A stretch of DNA of 64,000 nucleotides from Bacteriovoracia bacterium (GCA_050246755.1 JBFWVL010000001.1:320001-384000); one strand, 5' to 3'; shown: positions 39,280-53,107, counted from the stretch's first letter. Notes: generated by a model from the sequence alone, not told the origin. A program made the numbers and translations.

Positions 39280-40718
39280 AATTAGCTAACTATATCGACG
39301 GCCACGAGCAGGCCCCGCTTTCGGGAAAGTATTTGCCCAACTACGCGCCCGCTACCGGCGAGATCTATTCCGAGATCCCCGATTCCAGCGCGGCAGACGT
39401 AGACCTCGCCGTGAAGGCCGCACAGAAAATTTTCCCTTGGTGGAGCCAACGCACCCCCGAGCAAAGATCCCAGGTTTTACTCTCGATTGCCGATCGAATG
39501 GAAAAATCCGTCGACGATCTCGTGAACGCCGAGAGCCGCGACCAGGGAAAACCCGTGCACCTCGCGCGCGAAATCGAAATCCCCCGCGCCATCCAAAATT
39601 TCCGCTACTTCGCCACCAAGATTTTGCACACCGAAGAAACCGCGAGGCCCTCGCAGGCCCTGAGCTCCCTCTCCTACACCTACCGCATGCCCGTGGGCGT
39701 GGCCGGATTGATCTCGCCATGGAATCTCCCGCTCTATTTGCTCACCTGGAAAATCGCGCCGGCCATCGCCGCCGGGAACACGGTGGTTTGCAAGCCCTCC
39801 GAGCTCACGCCGATGACGGCCTACCTCATGGGCGAAATCTTCAACGAGGCGGGCGTTCCCCACGGAGTGGTGAACATGGTATTCGGCCTCGGCGTCACCG
39901 CGGGCGCCGCACTCGCCGCTCACCCCGATGTGCCACTCATTTCTTTTACCGGCGGTACCGCCACCGGCCGCAAGATCCTCGAGGCCTCGATTCCGCGTTT
40001 CAAGAAAACCAGCCTCGAGCTCGGCGGAAAAAATGCGGCGCTGGTTTTTGCCGACTGCGATCTCGCCGAAGCTGTGATCACGAGCGTGCGCTCATCCTTC
40101 CAGAACCAAGGCGAAATCTGCCTCTGCAATTCCCGCATCCTGGTGGAAGAAGGCATCTACGAGAAATTCGTGGAAAAATTCGCGCGCACGGCGAGCCTCA
40201 TCCGCGTGGGCGATCCCACCCTGAAAGAAACCCAGATGGGCCCGCTCGTGAGCAAGGAGCATAAAGAAAAAGTTCTCTCCTATATCAAGCTCGCCACCGA
40301 AGAAGGCGGCACTATTCTAGGCGGCGGCACCGTCCCCCACCTCGAAGCGCCCTTCGATCAAGGCTATTTCGTAAATCCCACGATCATCACGGGCCTCGGC
40401 CCCAACTGCCGTGTGAACCAGGAAGAGATTTTTGGCCCCGTGGCCAGTATCATTCCCTTCAAAACTGAGGAGGAAGCGATTGCGATCGCGAACGGCGTGG
40501 AATACGGACTATCCGCCTCCGTTTGGACCCGCGATATTTCTCGCGCCCACCGCGTAGCCCAGGCCCTGCACGTGGGCACCACCTGGGTAAACTCCTGGAT
40601 GGTCCGCGATCTCGGCATGCCTTTCGGCGGCATGAAGCATTCCGGCCTCGGCCGCGAAGGCGGAGATCACTCGCTGAATTTTTTCAGCGAAACGAAAACC
40701 ATCAGCGTGAAGATATGA
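39276..40718 (+). CDS. amnC: 2-aminomuconic 6-semialdehyde dehydrogenase (ALDH8A1/HMSADH-like)
   Basis: ISPWNLP, KPSE, FTGGT, LELGGKN, NQGEICLC, EEIFGP, RDL..PFGG; TTG start overlapping the upstream stop. Confidence 0.85.
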   Translation: MKLANYIDGHEQAPLSGKYLPNYAPATGEIYSEIPDSSAADVDLAVKAAQKIFPWWSQRTPEQRSQVLLSIADRMEKSVDDLVNAESRDQGKPVHLAREIEIPRAIQNFRYFATKILHTEETARPSQALSSLSYTYRMPVGVAGLISPWNLPLYLLTWKIAPAIAAGNTVVCKPSELTPMTAYLMGEIFNEAGVPHGVVNMVFGLGVTAGAALAAHPDVPLISFTGGTATGRKILEASIPRFKKTSLELGGKNAALVFADCDLAEAVITSVRSSFQNQGEICLCNSRILVEEGIYEKFVEKFARTASLIRVGDPTLKETQMGPLVSKEHKEKVLSYIKLATEEGGTILGGGTVPHLEAPFDQGYFVNPTIITGLGPNCRVNQEEIFGPVASIIPFKTEEEAIAIANGVEYGLSASVWTRDISRAHRVAQALHVGTTWVNSWMVRDLGMPFGGMKHSGLGREGGDHSLNFFSETKTISVKI

Positions 40719-41233
40719 AGCTCTTCCTGCTTTTCTTAATTCCTCTTTTTGCCTTCGCCAAGCCCGCGGCACGCAAATCCAAGGCGCCGCCCAAACGCGT
40801 AGCCACGAAGATCACTTCGGGCAAACAGGTTTGCGATATGGTGAAAAAATTCACCACCGCCGGGTTTCCCGCCCAGACCAATATCGATTTCGCCGTGGGG
40901 AAAAAGTTCGTGGCCGAAGGAAAGCTCGGCGCCATCGACAAAAATATCGGCACCTTCCATTTAGCCAATCTCTACCTGCGCGCCATCGCCAAGGGCGAGG
41001 AGGGCCTCACCTATAAAGAGGGCTGCCTAAAAATCAATTTCCCCGACCTCGATAAGGATGGGATTAAGGACCTCGAGCTCTCCGTGACGATGGAGCGACT
41101 CGACCCCAAAGCGAATCCTAAAGTGGTGAGCACCGTGAACTACGAACGCACGTTCATCTACCATCCGGAACAGAAAATCTACGAGCCCATGACCGGCTCC
41201 CCTCACCCCTTCGTGGAGCTCGTGATCAAGTGA
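40715..41233 (+). CDS. secreted hypothetical protein
   Basis: ATGA overlap with the dehydrogenase; signal peptide MKLFLLFLIPLFAFA; DLDKDG motif. Confidence 0.7.
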   Translation: MKLFLLFLIPLFAFAKPAARKSKAPPKRVATKITSGKQVCDMVKKFTTAGFPAQTNIDFAVGKKFVAEGKLGAIDKNIGTFHLANLYLRAIAKGEEGLTYKEGCLKINFPDLDKDGIKDLELSVTMERLDPKANPKVVSTVNYERTFIYHPEQKIYEPMTGSPHPFVELVIK

Positions 41234-41610
41234 AACAGGTGATCCTGATCCGCCGCGATCTCAATATGCGCCGGGGAAAAGAAATCGCGCAGGGGTCACA
41301 CGCCTCGATGGGATTTCTGATCGAGCAATTGCGGGCGCAGATGCCTTCTTCGGAGGCTTCGGTCACTCTCGACGCGGCCACGCAGGAATGGATTCAGTTC
41401 GGCATGGGAAAGATTTGCCTGCAGGTTACGAGCGAAGCGGATTTGCTTAGCTTCCACGCGAAGGCGAAGGCCGCCGGAGTGTATAGTTTTTTGGTGAGGG
41501 ATAGTGGCCGCACGGAATTTCACGGCGAACCTACCTATACCGCCTGCGCGATCGGGCCCGATACGGCCGAGAGAATCGATGCAATCACGGGTGAGCTGAA
41601 CTTGTATTGA
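41230..41610 (+). CDS. pth2: peptidyl-tRNA hydrolase, PTH2 family
   Basis: KQVILIRRDLNMRRGKEIAQGSHAS, DSGRTE, T.CAIGP, ID.ITG.L.L. Confidence 0.9.
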   Translation: MKQVILIRRDLNMRRGKEIAQGSHASMGFLIEQLRAQMPSSEASVTLDAATQEWIQFGMGKICLQVTSEADLLSFHAKAKAAGVYSFLVRDSGRTEFHGEPTYTACAIGPDTAERIDAITGELNLY

Positions 41611-41704
41611 AGCGCGGTAAATCTCGCGCATGGAAAATTTTCTTCTGCGAACTCACTTACTTAGTATTTAACGCAAGGCTTCTACAGCGCTGCAAGTAAT
41701 CTAG

Positions 41705-43913
<2,209 letters not shown>

Positions 43914-43917
<4 letters not shown>

Positions 43918-44549
43918 AGATTTGGGACATCAGCCCGGTGATTTCCGAGAAGACGGCCGTATTTCCCGGCGACGTGCCTTTTTCCCGCGAAGTTTCGATG
44001 GACACGAAAAAAGGCCACCACCTCACCCTCTCGGCCATTCGTTCCACGCTGCATATCGGCGCGCACGCCGACGCCGGCAATCATTATCATAAAGAGGGAA
44101 AAGGCGTGGAGGCGCGGCCCCTCGAATCCTACCTGGGCGACTGTGAAGTGATCGCCGTAAAGCTTCCCCGTGGTGCCCGTATCGGAATCGAGCATTTGAA
44201 CGGAAGAATCCCGCTCGCCCCCCGCGTGCTCTTCAAAACAAATTCTTTTCCCGATCCCGATCAATGGAACAATGATTTCAATTCTCTCTCGCCCGAGCTG
44301 ATCGAGTTCCTCGCCGACCGCGGCGCTATGCTCGTGGGTATCGACACTCCGAGCGTAGATCCCGTGGATTCCAAAGCCCTCGAAAGCCACCAGGCGCTGC
44401 ACCGCAGAAATCTCGCCGTGCTCGAGGGAATCACGCTGGAACAGGTAACGGAAGGCGTGTACACCCTGGTCGCTTTGCCGCTGCGAATGAAAGACGCTGA
44501 CGCTTCGCCGGTTCGTGCTATCCTTATAAACAAAGAAACGTTGTTGTGA
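43914..44549 (+). CDS. kynB: kynurenine formamidase (cyclase family)
   Basis: WDISP...VFPGD, HIGAHADA..H, GIDTPSVD, LEG, DASPVRA. Confidence 0.93.
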
Positions 44550-44576
44550 ACTATCAGCCGGACCAAGGGGATCCCC

Positions 44577-44966
44577 ATGCGCGCGCTATTGCTTCTTTCT
44601 CTTTTTTTTCTCACCGCCTGTGCCGGATCAAAATCAAGTAACGACGCCCAAGAGCCCAGCACCGACGAGTGCCTCTCCAATTCCGCCGCCGGCGACGCCT
44701 GGGGCGAGTGCAACGTGAAGAAAACCATTTACCAAAATATGGATAAGCTCGTGGCCTGCCAAGAAAAAAATCCCACCAAGGGCGGTACCATGATGCTGAA
44801 GATCAGCCTAAAGACGAACGGCGTGGTAAAAAAAGTGAGACCGGAAGCCGGCACGGTTCGTAATCGCCCGCTCGAGGCCTGCCTTTCAAAAGCATTCGCG
44901 CGCGTGAAATTCGCGGCTCCTCCCGAGGGAGTGAAGCCAGTTATCTATTTTCCCTTGTCGCTTTAG
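44577..44966 (+). CDS. lipoprotein with an AgmX/PglI (TonB-C-like) C-terminal domain
   Basis: Lipobox LTAC; C.E...GG...LKI.L...G.V, LEACL......KF..P..G...IYFP. Confidence 0.75.
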   Translation: MRALLLLSLFFLTACAGSKSSNDAQEPSTDECLSNSAAGDAWGECNVKKTIYQNMDKLVACQEKNPTKGGTMMLKISLKTNGVVKKVRPEAGTVRNRPLEACLSKAFARVKFAAPPEGVKPVIYFPLSL

Positions 44967-46480
44967 GGCACAATATTGGGGTAAGCAGCCGGTGAAACTT
45001 CCGGCACTTTACCCGGCGCCGGCAGTGGTTTCTCCACCGATGGCTTAGTCCCTTTTTCCCAGCTATCTAGTTTCGTTATCCAGGGTTCCATCGTAGCGGC
45101 CAGTTTTTTACGGAAATTTTCCATGTCCATGATGCGCACGTAATCGTCGTACATTCGGCCATATTCTTTTTCCATCACGGGATCGAGCTTTTCCTTGCCC
45201 ACGTGCAGACGATAGAATTGCCATTGCACGAGCGCGTCCGAAATTTCGTTTTCCGACTCCGCGAGCTTCGCCGCCCAGAAAGCTATTTTGTCGAGGTCGT
45301 CACCAGTAGGCGGAGTTCCGCTTTTTTCCGTTAGGGCGGTAAGCACGTCGAGCGTTTGCCGTTTCGCATCGTAGCTGGAGCGCAGGGAAGGAATGGTCAG
45401 CACCTTCTCCTTCAGGGCGGCCACCCATTTTTCGTCGAAATTCTTTTCGATGCTGAGAACCACGTTATGGAAATCGGGAAGATTGGCGAGATAGCCTTTT
45501 TCGATGTCGTCCATTCTTTCGCGAACCTTTGCCCGCGAGAGGCCTTTCCATTTTTCATCCAATATTTCTTTCTGCAGCGCTTGCAGGGCGGCAATTTTTT
45601 CGGTGGCCTTTTCAGGGCGCGAGGTGGTCAACTTCGAAACTTGTTCCTGAACGAACTCGCCGGCCTCTTTGGTCTTATCGGTACCCACTTTTTTCACTGG
45701 ATTAACCAGCGGCGCGATGAAAGAGGTACCCATTTCATAAAGGGGAACGGCGGTGCCGAACGCGATCACCGGCTTAGCCCAGCCATAGAGAAACTTGCCG
45801 ATTTTTTCGCCCTTGGCGACGGCCAAGCTCTTGATCCGGCTATAAAGCCCTGGGTATTCCGAAGCAAGGTAGTGGGGAAGGTTGGAAATCGTGATCCCCT
45901 TTCCTTCCACTACATAGAGCCGCACGAACTGCTGGTCGAAGTATTCGGCGAGAAATTCATTTCCCCGGATTCCCTTAAGGATCTGATCGCTGTCGATCTT
46001 GGGATAGGCATTTCCGTTATACATTTCCCTTAGCCATTTGCGGTAGGCCACTAATTCTTGGCGAGGAAAAAGCCCGGCTGCCACCCGCCGCTCCATCAGC
46101 TCGTCGAAGGCTTCGCGGTATTTTTTCAAAATCACTTTATTGCTCTTGGGCATCGCTTTCATGGCCCGGAATCCATCGGGCACTTCGGTTTCGGCAGGAA
46201 AGATGTCTTTTACTTTTATCTGCTCGAGTTCCACTACCCGGGCGTTTGCCTTTTCCACAAATCCCGGAATGTATTTCCGCACCACGGAAAAATTCTGCTT
46301 ATAGCTGATCCGGGAATACAAGCGACGGCAGCCGGCTTCCCCGGCGGCCGGGCTTTCCGCCGGAGCCGCGGCGTGCTCCACGGGGGCGACGGCGGCGCTA
46401 GGAGCTTCCTGCGCGTGCGCACTCACCGCGCTCAAGAGCAACGCTACGGCGCTAAATTTGGCAAAAAACTTCAGGGGCAT
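44963..46480 (-). CDS. large secreted helical hypothetical protein
   Basis: Signal peptide ending AHA, GGAG RBS, central hydrophobic segment. Confidence 0.8.
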   Translation of the reverse strand: MPLKFFAKFSAVALLLSAVSAHAQEAPSAAVAPVEHAAAPAESPAAGEAGCRRLYSRISYKQNFSVVRKYIPGFVEKANARVVELEQIKVKDIFPAETEVPDGFRAMKAMPKSNKVILKKYREAFDELMERRVAAGLFPRQELVAYRKWLREMYNGNAYPKIDSDQILKGIRGNEFLAEYFDQQFVRLYVVEGKGITISNLPHYLASEYPGLYSRIKSLAVAKGEKIGKFLYGWAKPVIAFGTAVPLYEMGTSFIAPLVNPVKKVGTDKTKEAGEFVQEQVSKLTTSRPEKATEKIAALQALQKEILDEKWKGLSRAKVRERMDDIEKGYLANLPDFHNVVLSIEKNFDEKWVAALKEKVLTIPSLRSSYDAKRQTLDVLTALTEKSGTPPTGDDLDKIAFWAAKLAESENEISDALVQWQFYRLHVGKEKLDPVMEKEYGRMYDDYVRIMDMENFRKKLAATMEPWITKLDSWEKGTKPSVEKPLPAPGKVPEVSPAAYPNIVP

Positions 46481-46504
46481 TCGTTCTCCAGGGGGCCTAG
46501 CTAT

Positions 46505-46532
46505 TTATCGGCGCTTCTCCGGTGAAACTTGA
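46505..46532 (-). promoter_or_regulatory. sigma28 (FliA-like) promoter
   Basis: TCAAGTTT-N12-GCCGATAA, with a perfect -10 box. Confidence 0.75.
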
Positions 46533-46669
46533 GCGGGCGCCCCTCGGGCATGACACGTAAATAATTGAATTTATTAACTTTATTTTACCTTATCGGACCT
46601 GCCCCACCTAGCCCGCCCTCGACGCGGTGCTCGCTTCCTTCCTACACTATTTCGCCTATCGTTATCGGC

Positions 46670-48217
46670 ATGTCGAAAACCCAACAGCAGGCCTTCGCGG
46701 CCCTTGAAGCCAAACTTGCGCAGAGCGAATTTCCCGCCGGCAAAGAACGCGTGGAAAAACAGCATAAAGACGGAAAGCTTTCCGCCCGGGAACGCATCGA
46801 GCTGCTCCTCGACAAAAATTCTTTTCAGGAATTGGACCGCTTCGTTACCCACCGGTGCACGAATTTCGAGCTCGAAAAAAATACTCCGCTCGGCGACGGG
46901 GTGGTTACCGGATTCGGCAAGATCGATGGCCGTATCGTGTACGTTTATTCCCAGGATTTTTCGGTATTCGGCGGCTCGCTTTCGGGCGCGCATGCGGCCA
47001 AGATCTGCAAGCTCATGGACCTCGCCCTGAAAAACGGAGCCCCGGTGATCGGACTCAACGATTCGGGCGGCGCGCGGATTCAAGAAGGCGTGGAAGCCCT
47101 CGGCGGATATGCCGAGATTTTCTGGCGTAATGTGCAGGCATCCGGCGTGGTGCCGCAGATTTCCGTGGTGATGGGCCCCTGCGCGGGCGGCGCGGTCTAT
47201 TCTCCGGCGATCACAGATTTTATTTATATGGTGGAACGCACGAGCTTCATGTTCGTGACCGGCCCCGACGTGATCAAGACCGTGACCCACGAAGAAGTGA
47301 CGAAAGAAACCCTCGGCGGCGCGCACACCCACTCCGAAACCAGCGGCGTATCGCACTTCGTGGCCCCCGACGACGCCACCGCCCTCCGCCAGGTGAGAAA
47401 GCTCATTTCCTATTTACCCCTGAACAACGGCGATTTGCCGCCCGCGATCCCGAACGCGGAACCGAGCGACCGCGACACGAACCGCATCCTCGCCGCCCTC
47501 CCCGATACTTCGCAAAAACCCTACGACGTGAAGACGTTTATCGACGATATCGTGGACGAAGGGAGCTTCTACGAAGTGCACGCGGCCTACGCCCGCAATA
47601 TCGTGGTAGGCTTTGCCCGCATCAACGGCCGCCCGCTCGGCGTGGTGGCCAACCAGCCCATGCACTTGGCTGGCTGCCTAAATATCGATGCTTCGCGGAA
47701 GGCCGCCCGTTTCGTCCGCTTCTGCGACTCCTTCAATATACCCCTCGTTTCCCTCGTGGATGTTCCCGGCTTTCTCCCCGGCACCGACCAGGAATACGGT
47801 GGAATCATTACCCACGGCGCGAAGCTCCTCTACGCCTACGCCGAAGCCACCGTGCCAAAAATCACGGTGATCACGCGCAAGGCCTACGGTGGCGCCTACG
47901 ACGTGATGGCCTCCAAGCATATCCGCGCCGATTTTAATTTCTCTTTCCCCAATGCCGAGATCGCGGTGATGGGCCCCGAAGGCGCGATCTCCATCCTCCA
48001 CCGCGAGAAGATCGCCAAGGATCCCGCCTCGGCGCCGAGATTGGTGGAAGAATACCGCGATACCTTCGCCAACCCCTACCGCGCCGCCGGCCTCGGGTAC
48101 CTCGACGAAGTGATTCATCCCAAGGATACGCGCCGGAAAATCGCCGCCGCGCTGGAAGCTACCCGGGGAAAACGCGAAGCGCGGCCGGTTCGCAAACACG
48201 GAAATATTCCACTGTGA
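46670..48217 (+). CDS. pccB: propionyl-CoA carboxylase carboxyltransferase subunit
   Basis: [56 protein letters not shown]. Confidence 0.93.
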   Translation: MSKTQQQAFAALEAKLAQSEFPAGKERVEKQHKDGKLSARERIELLLDKNSFQELDRFVTHRCTNFELEKNTPLGDGVVTGFGKIDGRIVYVYSQDFSVFGGSLSGAHAAKICKLMDLALKNGAPVIGLNDSGGARIQEGVEALGGYAEIFWRNVQASGVVPQISVVMGPCAGGAVYSPAITDFIYMVERTSFMFVTGPDVIKTVTHEEVTKETLGGAHTHSETSGVSHFVAPDDATALRQVRKLISYLPLNNGDLPPAIPNAEPSDRDTNRILAALPDTSQKPYDVKTFIDDIVDEGSFYEVHAAYARNIVVGFARINGRPLGVVANQPMHLAGCLNIDASRKAARFVRFCDSFNIPLVSLVDVPGFLPGTDQEYGGIITHGAKLLYAYAEATVPKITVITRKAYGGAYDVMASKHIRADFNFSFPNAEIAVMGPEGAISILHREKIAKDPASAPRLVEEYRDTFANPYRAAGLGYLDEVIHPKDTRRKIAAALEATRGKREARPVRKHGNIPL

Positions 48218-49722
48218 GTACAACCGTGAAGATGCCGTTCAAAAAAATTCTGATCGCGAACCGGGGCGAGATCGCCATCCGCGTGATCCGCGCCGCCAAA
48301 GAACTGGGATTGAAAACGGTGGCCGTTTATTCCGATGCCGACCGCGATTCGCCCCACGTGCTCCTCGCCCACGAGGCCGTGCCTATCGGTGCAAGCGAAG
48401 CGAAGCAAAGTTATCTCGTGCCCGAAAAAATTCTCGCCGCCGCCGCGGCCACTAAGGCCGATGCCCTGCATCCCGGATTCGGATTTCTCTCCGAAAACGC
48501 CGATTTCGCCCGCGCTTGCGCCAAGGCCGGAATTAAATTCATCGGCCCCAACCCCGACGCGATCGACCTCATGGGCGACAAGCTCCGCGCCCGCGCCGCG
48601 ATGAAGGCCGCCGGCGTGCCCATCGTGCCCGGCAGCGACGGCGCGATCGAAACCCTGGCCGAGGCGAAAAAAATCGCCAAGACGATCGGCTTCCCCGTGA
48701 TCCTCAAAGCCGCGGCCGGCGGGGGCGGCAAGGGCATGCGCGTGGCCAACTCCGACAAAGAGCTCGAGAATTTTTTCGAATCCGTGCGCAGCGAGGCCCT
48801 CAATTATTTCAACGACGGCTCGGTATTCCTCGAGCGCTACGCCAAGGATCCCCACCATATCGAAGTACAGATCATCGCCGACGAGCACGGCAACGTGGCT
48901 CACCTCTTCGAGCGCGAATGCTCCGTGCAGCGCCGCCACCAAAAAGTGATCGAGGAAGCGCCCTCTCCGTTCCTCGTGGGGCACGACGATATCCGCGAGA
49001 AATTATTTGCCGTGGCCGTTCAGGGTGCCCAGCGCATCGGCTATACCAATGCCGGCACCATGGAATTCGTGATGGACGGCGACCGGAACTTTTATTTCCT
49101 CGAGATGAATACGCGCATCCAAGTGGAGCATCCCGTAACGGAGATGATCACCGGCATTGACCTCGTAAAAGAACAGATCCTGGTGGCCGCGGGAAATAAG
49201 CTTTCCTTCGACCCCAAAGAGCTGAAGCTCAACGGCGCGGCCATCGAGTGCCGGCTCTACGCCGAAAATCCCTTCACTTTCCTCCCTTCGCCAGGCCCCG
49301 TGAAAGAGCTCGTGCTCCCGGGAGGCCCCTTCGTGCGCGTAGACGCGGCGATGCACGCCGGGCAAACCATTCCCCTCGAATACGATCCGATGATTGCGAA
49401 ACTTTGCGCCTGGGGCCGCACCCGCGGGGAATCCGTGAGCCGCATGGCCCGCGTGCTCGGCGAAACGGGCGTGGCCGGCTGCTTAACCAACCTAGCTTTC
49501 CTTCGCCGCGTGATGGAAAATAAAATTTTCCGGAGCGGAATCTATACTACCGGCTTTATCGCCCAAGAAACCGAGCAGCTCGCGAATCCGAAAGAGCTTC
49601 CGCCCGGAATCGAATCGGAAGCCGAGCTCAGGGAACTATTGGCCTTGCTCGCGAGCACCGAAGAAAAAGTTCCCGCGCAACCCGAAGCTTCGGCCTGGTG
49701 GAGGATGACTCATGTCCGATAA
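48214..49722 (+). CDS. accC: biotin carboxylase subunit
   Basis: [52 protein letters not shown]. Confidence 0.95.
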   Translation: MSTTVKMPFKKILIANRGEIAIRVIRAAKELGLKTVAVYSDADRDSPHVLLAHEAVPIGASEAKQSYLVPEKILAAAAATKADALHPGFGFLSENADFARACAKAGIKFIGPNPDAIDLMGDKLRARAAMKAAGVPIVPGSDGAIETLAEAKKIAKTIGFPVILKAAAGGGGKGMRVANSDKELENFFESVRSEALNYFNDGSVFLERYAKDPHHIEVQIIADEHGNVAHLFERECSVQRRHQKVIEEAPSPFLVGHDDIREKLFAVAVQGAQRIGYTNAGTMEFVMDGDRNFYFLEMNTRIQVEHPVTEMITGIDLVKEQILVAAGNKLSFDPKELKLNGAAIECRLYAENPFTFLPSPGPVKELVLPGGPFVRVDAAMHAGQTIPLEYDPMIAKLCAWGRTRGESVSRMARVLGETGVAGCLTNLAFLRRVMENKIFRSGIYTTGFIAQETEQLANPKELPPGIESEAELRELLALLASTEEKVPAQPEASAWWRMTHVR

Positions 49723-50227
49723 AGCCTATACTCTTCCCGGCGGACAGCAGTTCGAGCTGAAGAACGGTCCGGGCGGTGAATATCTCGTAAAGCGCGAAGG
49801 CAGCGAGGAGACCGCTTCCCGCATCTCCGCCGACTCTCACGTAATCGATCACGAAACCAAACGTCTCTACCTCGGCTCCGCCAAAGCCCGGCAGCTCTTC
49901 TGGGTATACGCCGTTCGTAATAAACGCATTCTCTCCTGGCCGGGCGGCTCGATGGAGATCGACGCCGTGGATCTCTCGGAAGGCGCCGCCTCCGCCGGCG
50001 GCACGATCAAGCCGCTGCGCCTCACCATGCCGGGAAAAGTGCTCAGCATCAAAGTGAAGGAAGGCGATACCGTGGAGGCTGGCCAGGGTCTCGTGGTGGT
50101 AGAGGCCATGAAAATGGAAAATCTTTTGCTTGCGCCCGCCGCCGCGAAAGTGGCGAAAGTACACGTGCAAACGGGCGACCGCCTCGAATCCGGCACCACC
50201 CTCATCACCTTCGAGGCCCTTTCATGA
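49712..50227 (+). CDS. biotin carboxyl carrier protein
   Basis: MPGKV and the EAMKMEN biotinylation motif. Confidence 0.93.
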   Translation: MSDKAYTLPGGQQFELKNGPGGEYLVKREGSEETASRISADSHVIDHETKRLYLGSAKARQLFWVYAVRNKRILSWPGGSMEIDAVDLSEGAASAGGTIKPLRLTMPGKVLSIKVKEGDTVEAGQGLVVVEAMKMENLLLAPAAAKVAKVHVQTGDRLESGTTLITFEALS

Positions 50228-50892
50228 TTCGCTTGCTCGCCGCCCTCTTGCTGGCGTTCTCGCTCCTTTCGGCCAAGGCCGTAACCTATAAAGCGTATGT
50301 ACTGATGCCGGTAGACGAGGCCGCGAAGGAAAAATCGTTCCTGGATTTCCGCACCAAGCTCCTGAAGGCCATCGAAGCCAAAGACGCGGCCTACCTTTCT
50401 TCGATCCTCGCGAAAAATATCGCCTTCAGCTTCGGCGGGGAAGGCGATGGTGATGGGCCAGCCGGCTTCCGCCGCATGTGGAATCTCAACAAGCACCCGG
50501 AAAGAAGCAAGGTTTGGGCGGAACTAAAAGCCGTCGTAGCCCGCGGCGGAAAATTCAATGAAGACCTCACTTCCTTCGACGCCCCTTACGTGTCCGCGGC
50601 TTGGCCCAGCGCCTACGATTCCTTCGACTACTCCGCCGTGGTGGAGAAAGACGCAATCGTGCGCGAACGGGCCCGGCTGGACGCGCCCGTTCTGCAAAAA
50701 GTTTCTTATGAGATCCTGCGCGTTACCAGCGACTGGTCCAATAAACCCAATGCCTGGAGCACCGTGATTCTTCCCAACGGAAAAAAAGGGCATATCCAGA
50801 ATCGCTTCCTCCAGTCTCCGGTGGGCTACCGCGCCCGTTTCGAAAAAGTGGGCAAGGATTGGAAAATGGCCACATTCATTGCGGGAGACTGA
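50224..50892 (+). CDS. secreted protein with an SH3-like C-terminal domain
   Basis: Signal peptide; VRE......APV...W..V....GKKG.I, SPVGYRA.F.K....W. Confidence 0.7.
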   Translation: MIRLLAALLLAFSLLSAKAVTYKAYVLMPVDEAAKEKSFLDFRTKLLKAIEAKDAAYLSSILAKNIAFSFGGEGDGDGPAGFRRMWNLNKHPERSKVWAELKAVVARGGKFNEDLTSFDAPYVSAAWPSAYDSFDYSAVVEKDAIVRERARLDAPVLQKVSYEILRVTSDWSNKPNAWSTVILPNGKKGHIQNRFLQSPVGYRARFEKVGKDWKMATFIAGD

Positions 50893-52454
50893 TGAAGGAC
50901 CTCTCGAAATCCAATAATCGCACGCCTTCCGGCCTCGACCTCCGTACTTTCTACGGCGAACCTCCTCCAGGAGAGTTTCCCTTCACCCGCGGCGTGCACA
51001 AAGACATGTACCGTGGCCGCCTGTGGACCATGCGCCAGTACGCGGGATTCGGCACCGCCGAAGAGAGCAACAAGCGCTACCGTTACCTTCTCTCGAAGGG
51101 TACCACCGGCCTCAGCGTGGCCTTCGATCTTCCCACCCAGATGGGCTTCGACTCCGATCACCCCATGGCCATAGGAGAAGTGGGCCGCGTGGGCGTGGCC
51201 ATCGATTCCATCGCCGATATGCGCACCCTCTTCCGCGGCATCGATCTGGCGCGCGTGACCACCTCGATGACGATCAACTCCACCGCCTCTATCCTGCTAG
51301 CGCTCTATATCGCGGTGGCCGAAGAGCAAGGCGCCGACCTCAGCAAAATTTCCGGCACCATCCAGAATGATCTCCTCAAGGAATATATCGCGCGCGGCAC
51401 TTATATTTTCCCCCCCAAAGCCTCACTCCGGATCATCACCGATATTTTCGACTACTGCCGCAAGCAGGTGCCCAAATGGAATCCCATTTCGATCTCGGGC
51501 TACCATATCCGCGAAGCCGGCTCCACCGCCGCCCAGGAAATCGCTTTTACGCTGGCCAATGGATTTACCTACGTAGACGCAGCGCTGGCCGCCGGCCTCA
51601 CCATCGACGAATTCGCGCCCCGGCTCAGTTTCTTCTTCAACGCTCACAACCATCTCTTCGAAGAGGTGGCCAAGTTCCGCATCGCTCGGAAAATCTGGGC
51701 TGAAACGCTCCGCGAGACCTACGGCGCCCGTGATCCTAATTCGCTTAAATTAAGGTTCCACGCCCAAACCGCGGGCTCCATGCTCACCGCGCAGCAGCCC
51801 CGCAATAACCTTATTCGCGTTACGGTGCAGGCCATGGCGGCCGTGCTCGGCGGCGCGCAGAGCTTGCACACCAACGGCTACGACGAAGCCCTCTCCCTCC
51901 CCACCGAAGAGAGCGCCTCGCTCGCCCTGCGCACCCAGCAGATCCTCGCCTTCGAATCCGGAGCCGCCGACGTGGCCGATCCTTTAGGCGGCTCTTACTT
52001 TGTGGAGGAGCTCGGGCGCGAGCTCGAAGAGAAGGCGCGCTGGTACCTAAAAGAAATTCATACCCGCGGCGGCATGATCGCCTGCATCGAGGCAGGCTAC
52101 GTGCAGAGGGAAATCCAGGAAGCGGCCTATAAAACGCAATTGGCCACCGACCAGGCCGAGCAAGTGCAGGTGGGCGTGAATTCCTTCCAGGCCGACGAGC
52201 AGTCCGAGACGGATCTCCTGAAAATCGACCGCTCCTTGGAAGCCAAGCAGATCAAAAAAACCAAGAAATTTAAAAAGGACCGAGACCAAAAAAAGGTTCA
52301 CGAGGCTCTGGCACGATTGCAAACCGCGGCTAAGGGAGCAGAAAACCTCATGCCTTTTATCCTGGCGGCCGTAAAGAACGAGGCCTCTCTCGGCGAAGTC
52401 AGCGACTCCCTCCGATCGGTATTCGGCGCTCACCGCGAGATATTGACGGTTTGA
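50892..52454 (+). CDS. methylmalonyl-CoA mutase, substrate-binding (large) subunit without a B12-binding domain
   Basis: [57 protein letters not shown]; no DxHxxG domain. Confidence 0.93.
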   Translation: MKDLSKSNNRTPSGLDLRTFYGEPPPGEFPFTRGVHKDMYRGRLWTMRQYAGFGTAEESNKRYRYLLSKGTTGLSVAFDLPTQMGFDSDHPMAIGEVGRVGVAIDSIADMRTLFRGIDLARVTTSMTINSTASILLALYIAVAEEQGADLSKISGTIQNDLLKEYIARGTYIFPPKASLRIITDIFDYCRKQVPKWNPISISGYHIREAGSTAAQEIAFTLANGFTYVDAALAAGLTIDEFAPRLSFFFNAHNHLFEEVAKFRIARKIWAETLRETYGARDPNSLKLRFHAQTAGSMLTAQQPRNNLIRVTVQAMAAVLGGAQSLHTNGYDEALSLPTEESASLALRTQQILAFESGAADVADPLGGSYFVEELGRELEEKARWYLKEIHTRGGMIACIEAGYVQREIQEAAYKTQLATDQAEQVQVGVNSFQADEQSETDLLKIDRSLEAKQIKKTKKFKKDRDQKKVHEALARLQTAAKGAENLMPFILAAVKNEASLGEVSDSLRSVFGAHREILTV

Positions 52455-52522
52455 GGCCAGTTATTACCATTATATAACAGCTGGTTTATCGATTTTCGCG
52501 CTTGGCCGTCGATACTGGATAC

Positions 52523-53107
52523 ATGAGCAACCTCAAACCGGCCCGTATCCTCCTCCTCGACGACGAAAACGAAATCGTAGACCTCTGCGCCCGCGTGCTC
52601 CGCGCCAGCTACCTCGTGGTCAAAACCAGCTCCCCGTTCGAAGCCGTGTCTTTCATGGACTGCGGCCGCACCAAGATCGACCTCGTGGTCTGCGACTACA
52701 ATATGCCAGGGATGAACGGGGCGGAATTCGTGAGCCAGATCCGCCGCCTGGGCATCAAGACCCCCGTGATGCTCTATACCGGAATGGTGCTGGAGCAAAA
52801 GGAACACCAACTAGAAAAGTTTACCCGGGTGCTCATGAAGCCTTTCGATGCCCACCAGCTGCGCGAGGAAGTGTCCGCCAGCCTAAGTTCCGCGGCCCAC
52901 GAGGCCCAGGTGTACCACCAATATAGCGGAATCAAGCCTCACCTCGAGATGGCCACCGAGAACCTGATCAGCTTCCTGAAGAACCGGGGCATCTGCGATC
53001 CCTCCATGCTGGACCCCGAGAAAGCGCTGCAGATCCTTGGGCCTGGCCAGGAGTATAAGATTTTTCTATCTTGGTTTTATCTCAATGAGCTGAGCTCGCG
53101 GATCTAG
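52523..53107 (+). CDS. response regulator receiver protein with a short C-terminal extension
   Basis: ILLLDDE, DLVVCDYNMPGMNG, YTG, KPF. Confidence 0.88.
   Translation: MSNLKPARILLLDDENEIVDLCARVLRASYLVVKTSSPFEAVSFMDCGRTKIDLVVCDYNMPGMNGAEFVSQIRRLGIKTPVMLYTGMVLEQKEHQLEKFTRVLMKPFDAHQLREEVSASLSSAAHEAQVYHQYSGIKPHLEMATENLISFLKNRGICDPSMLDPEKALQILGPGQEYKIFLSWFYLNELSSRI

Noticed and set aside
46662-46669. Perfect GCCGATAA on the minus strand
   Set aside because: There is no -35 element at the right spacing. It overlaps the pccB start region and is likely coincidental.
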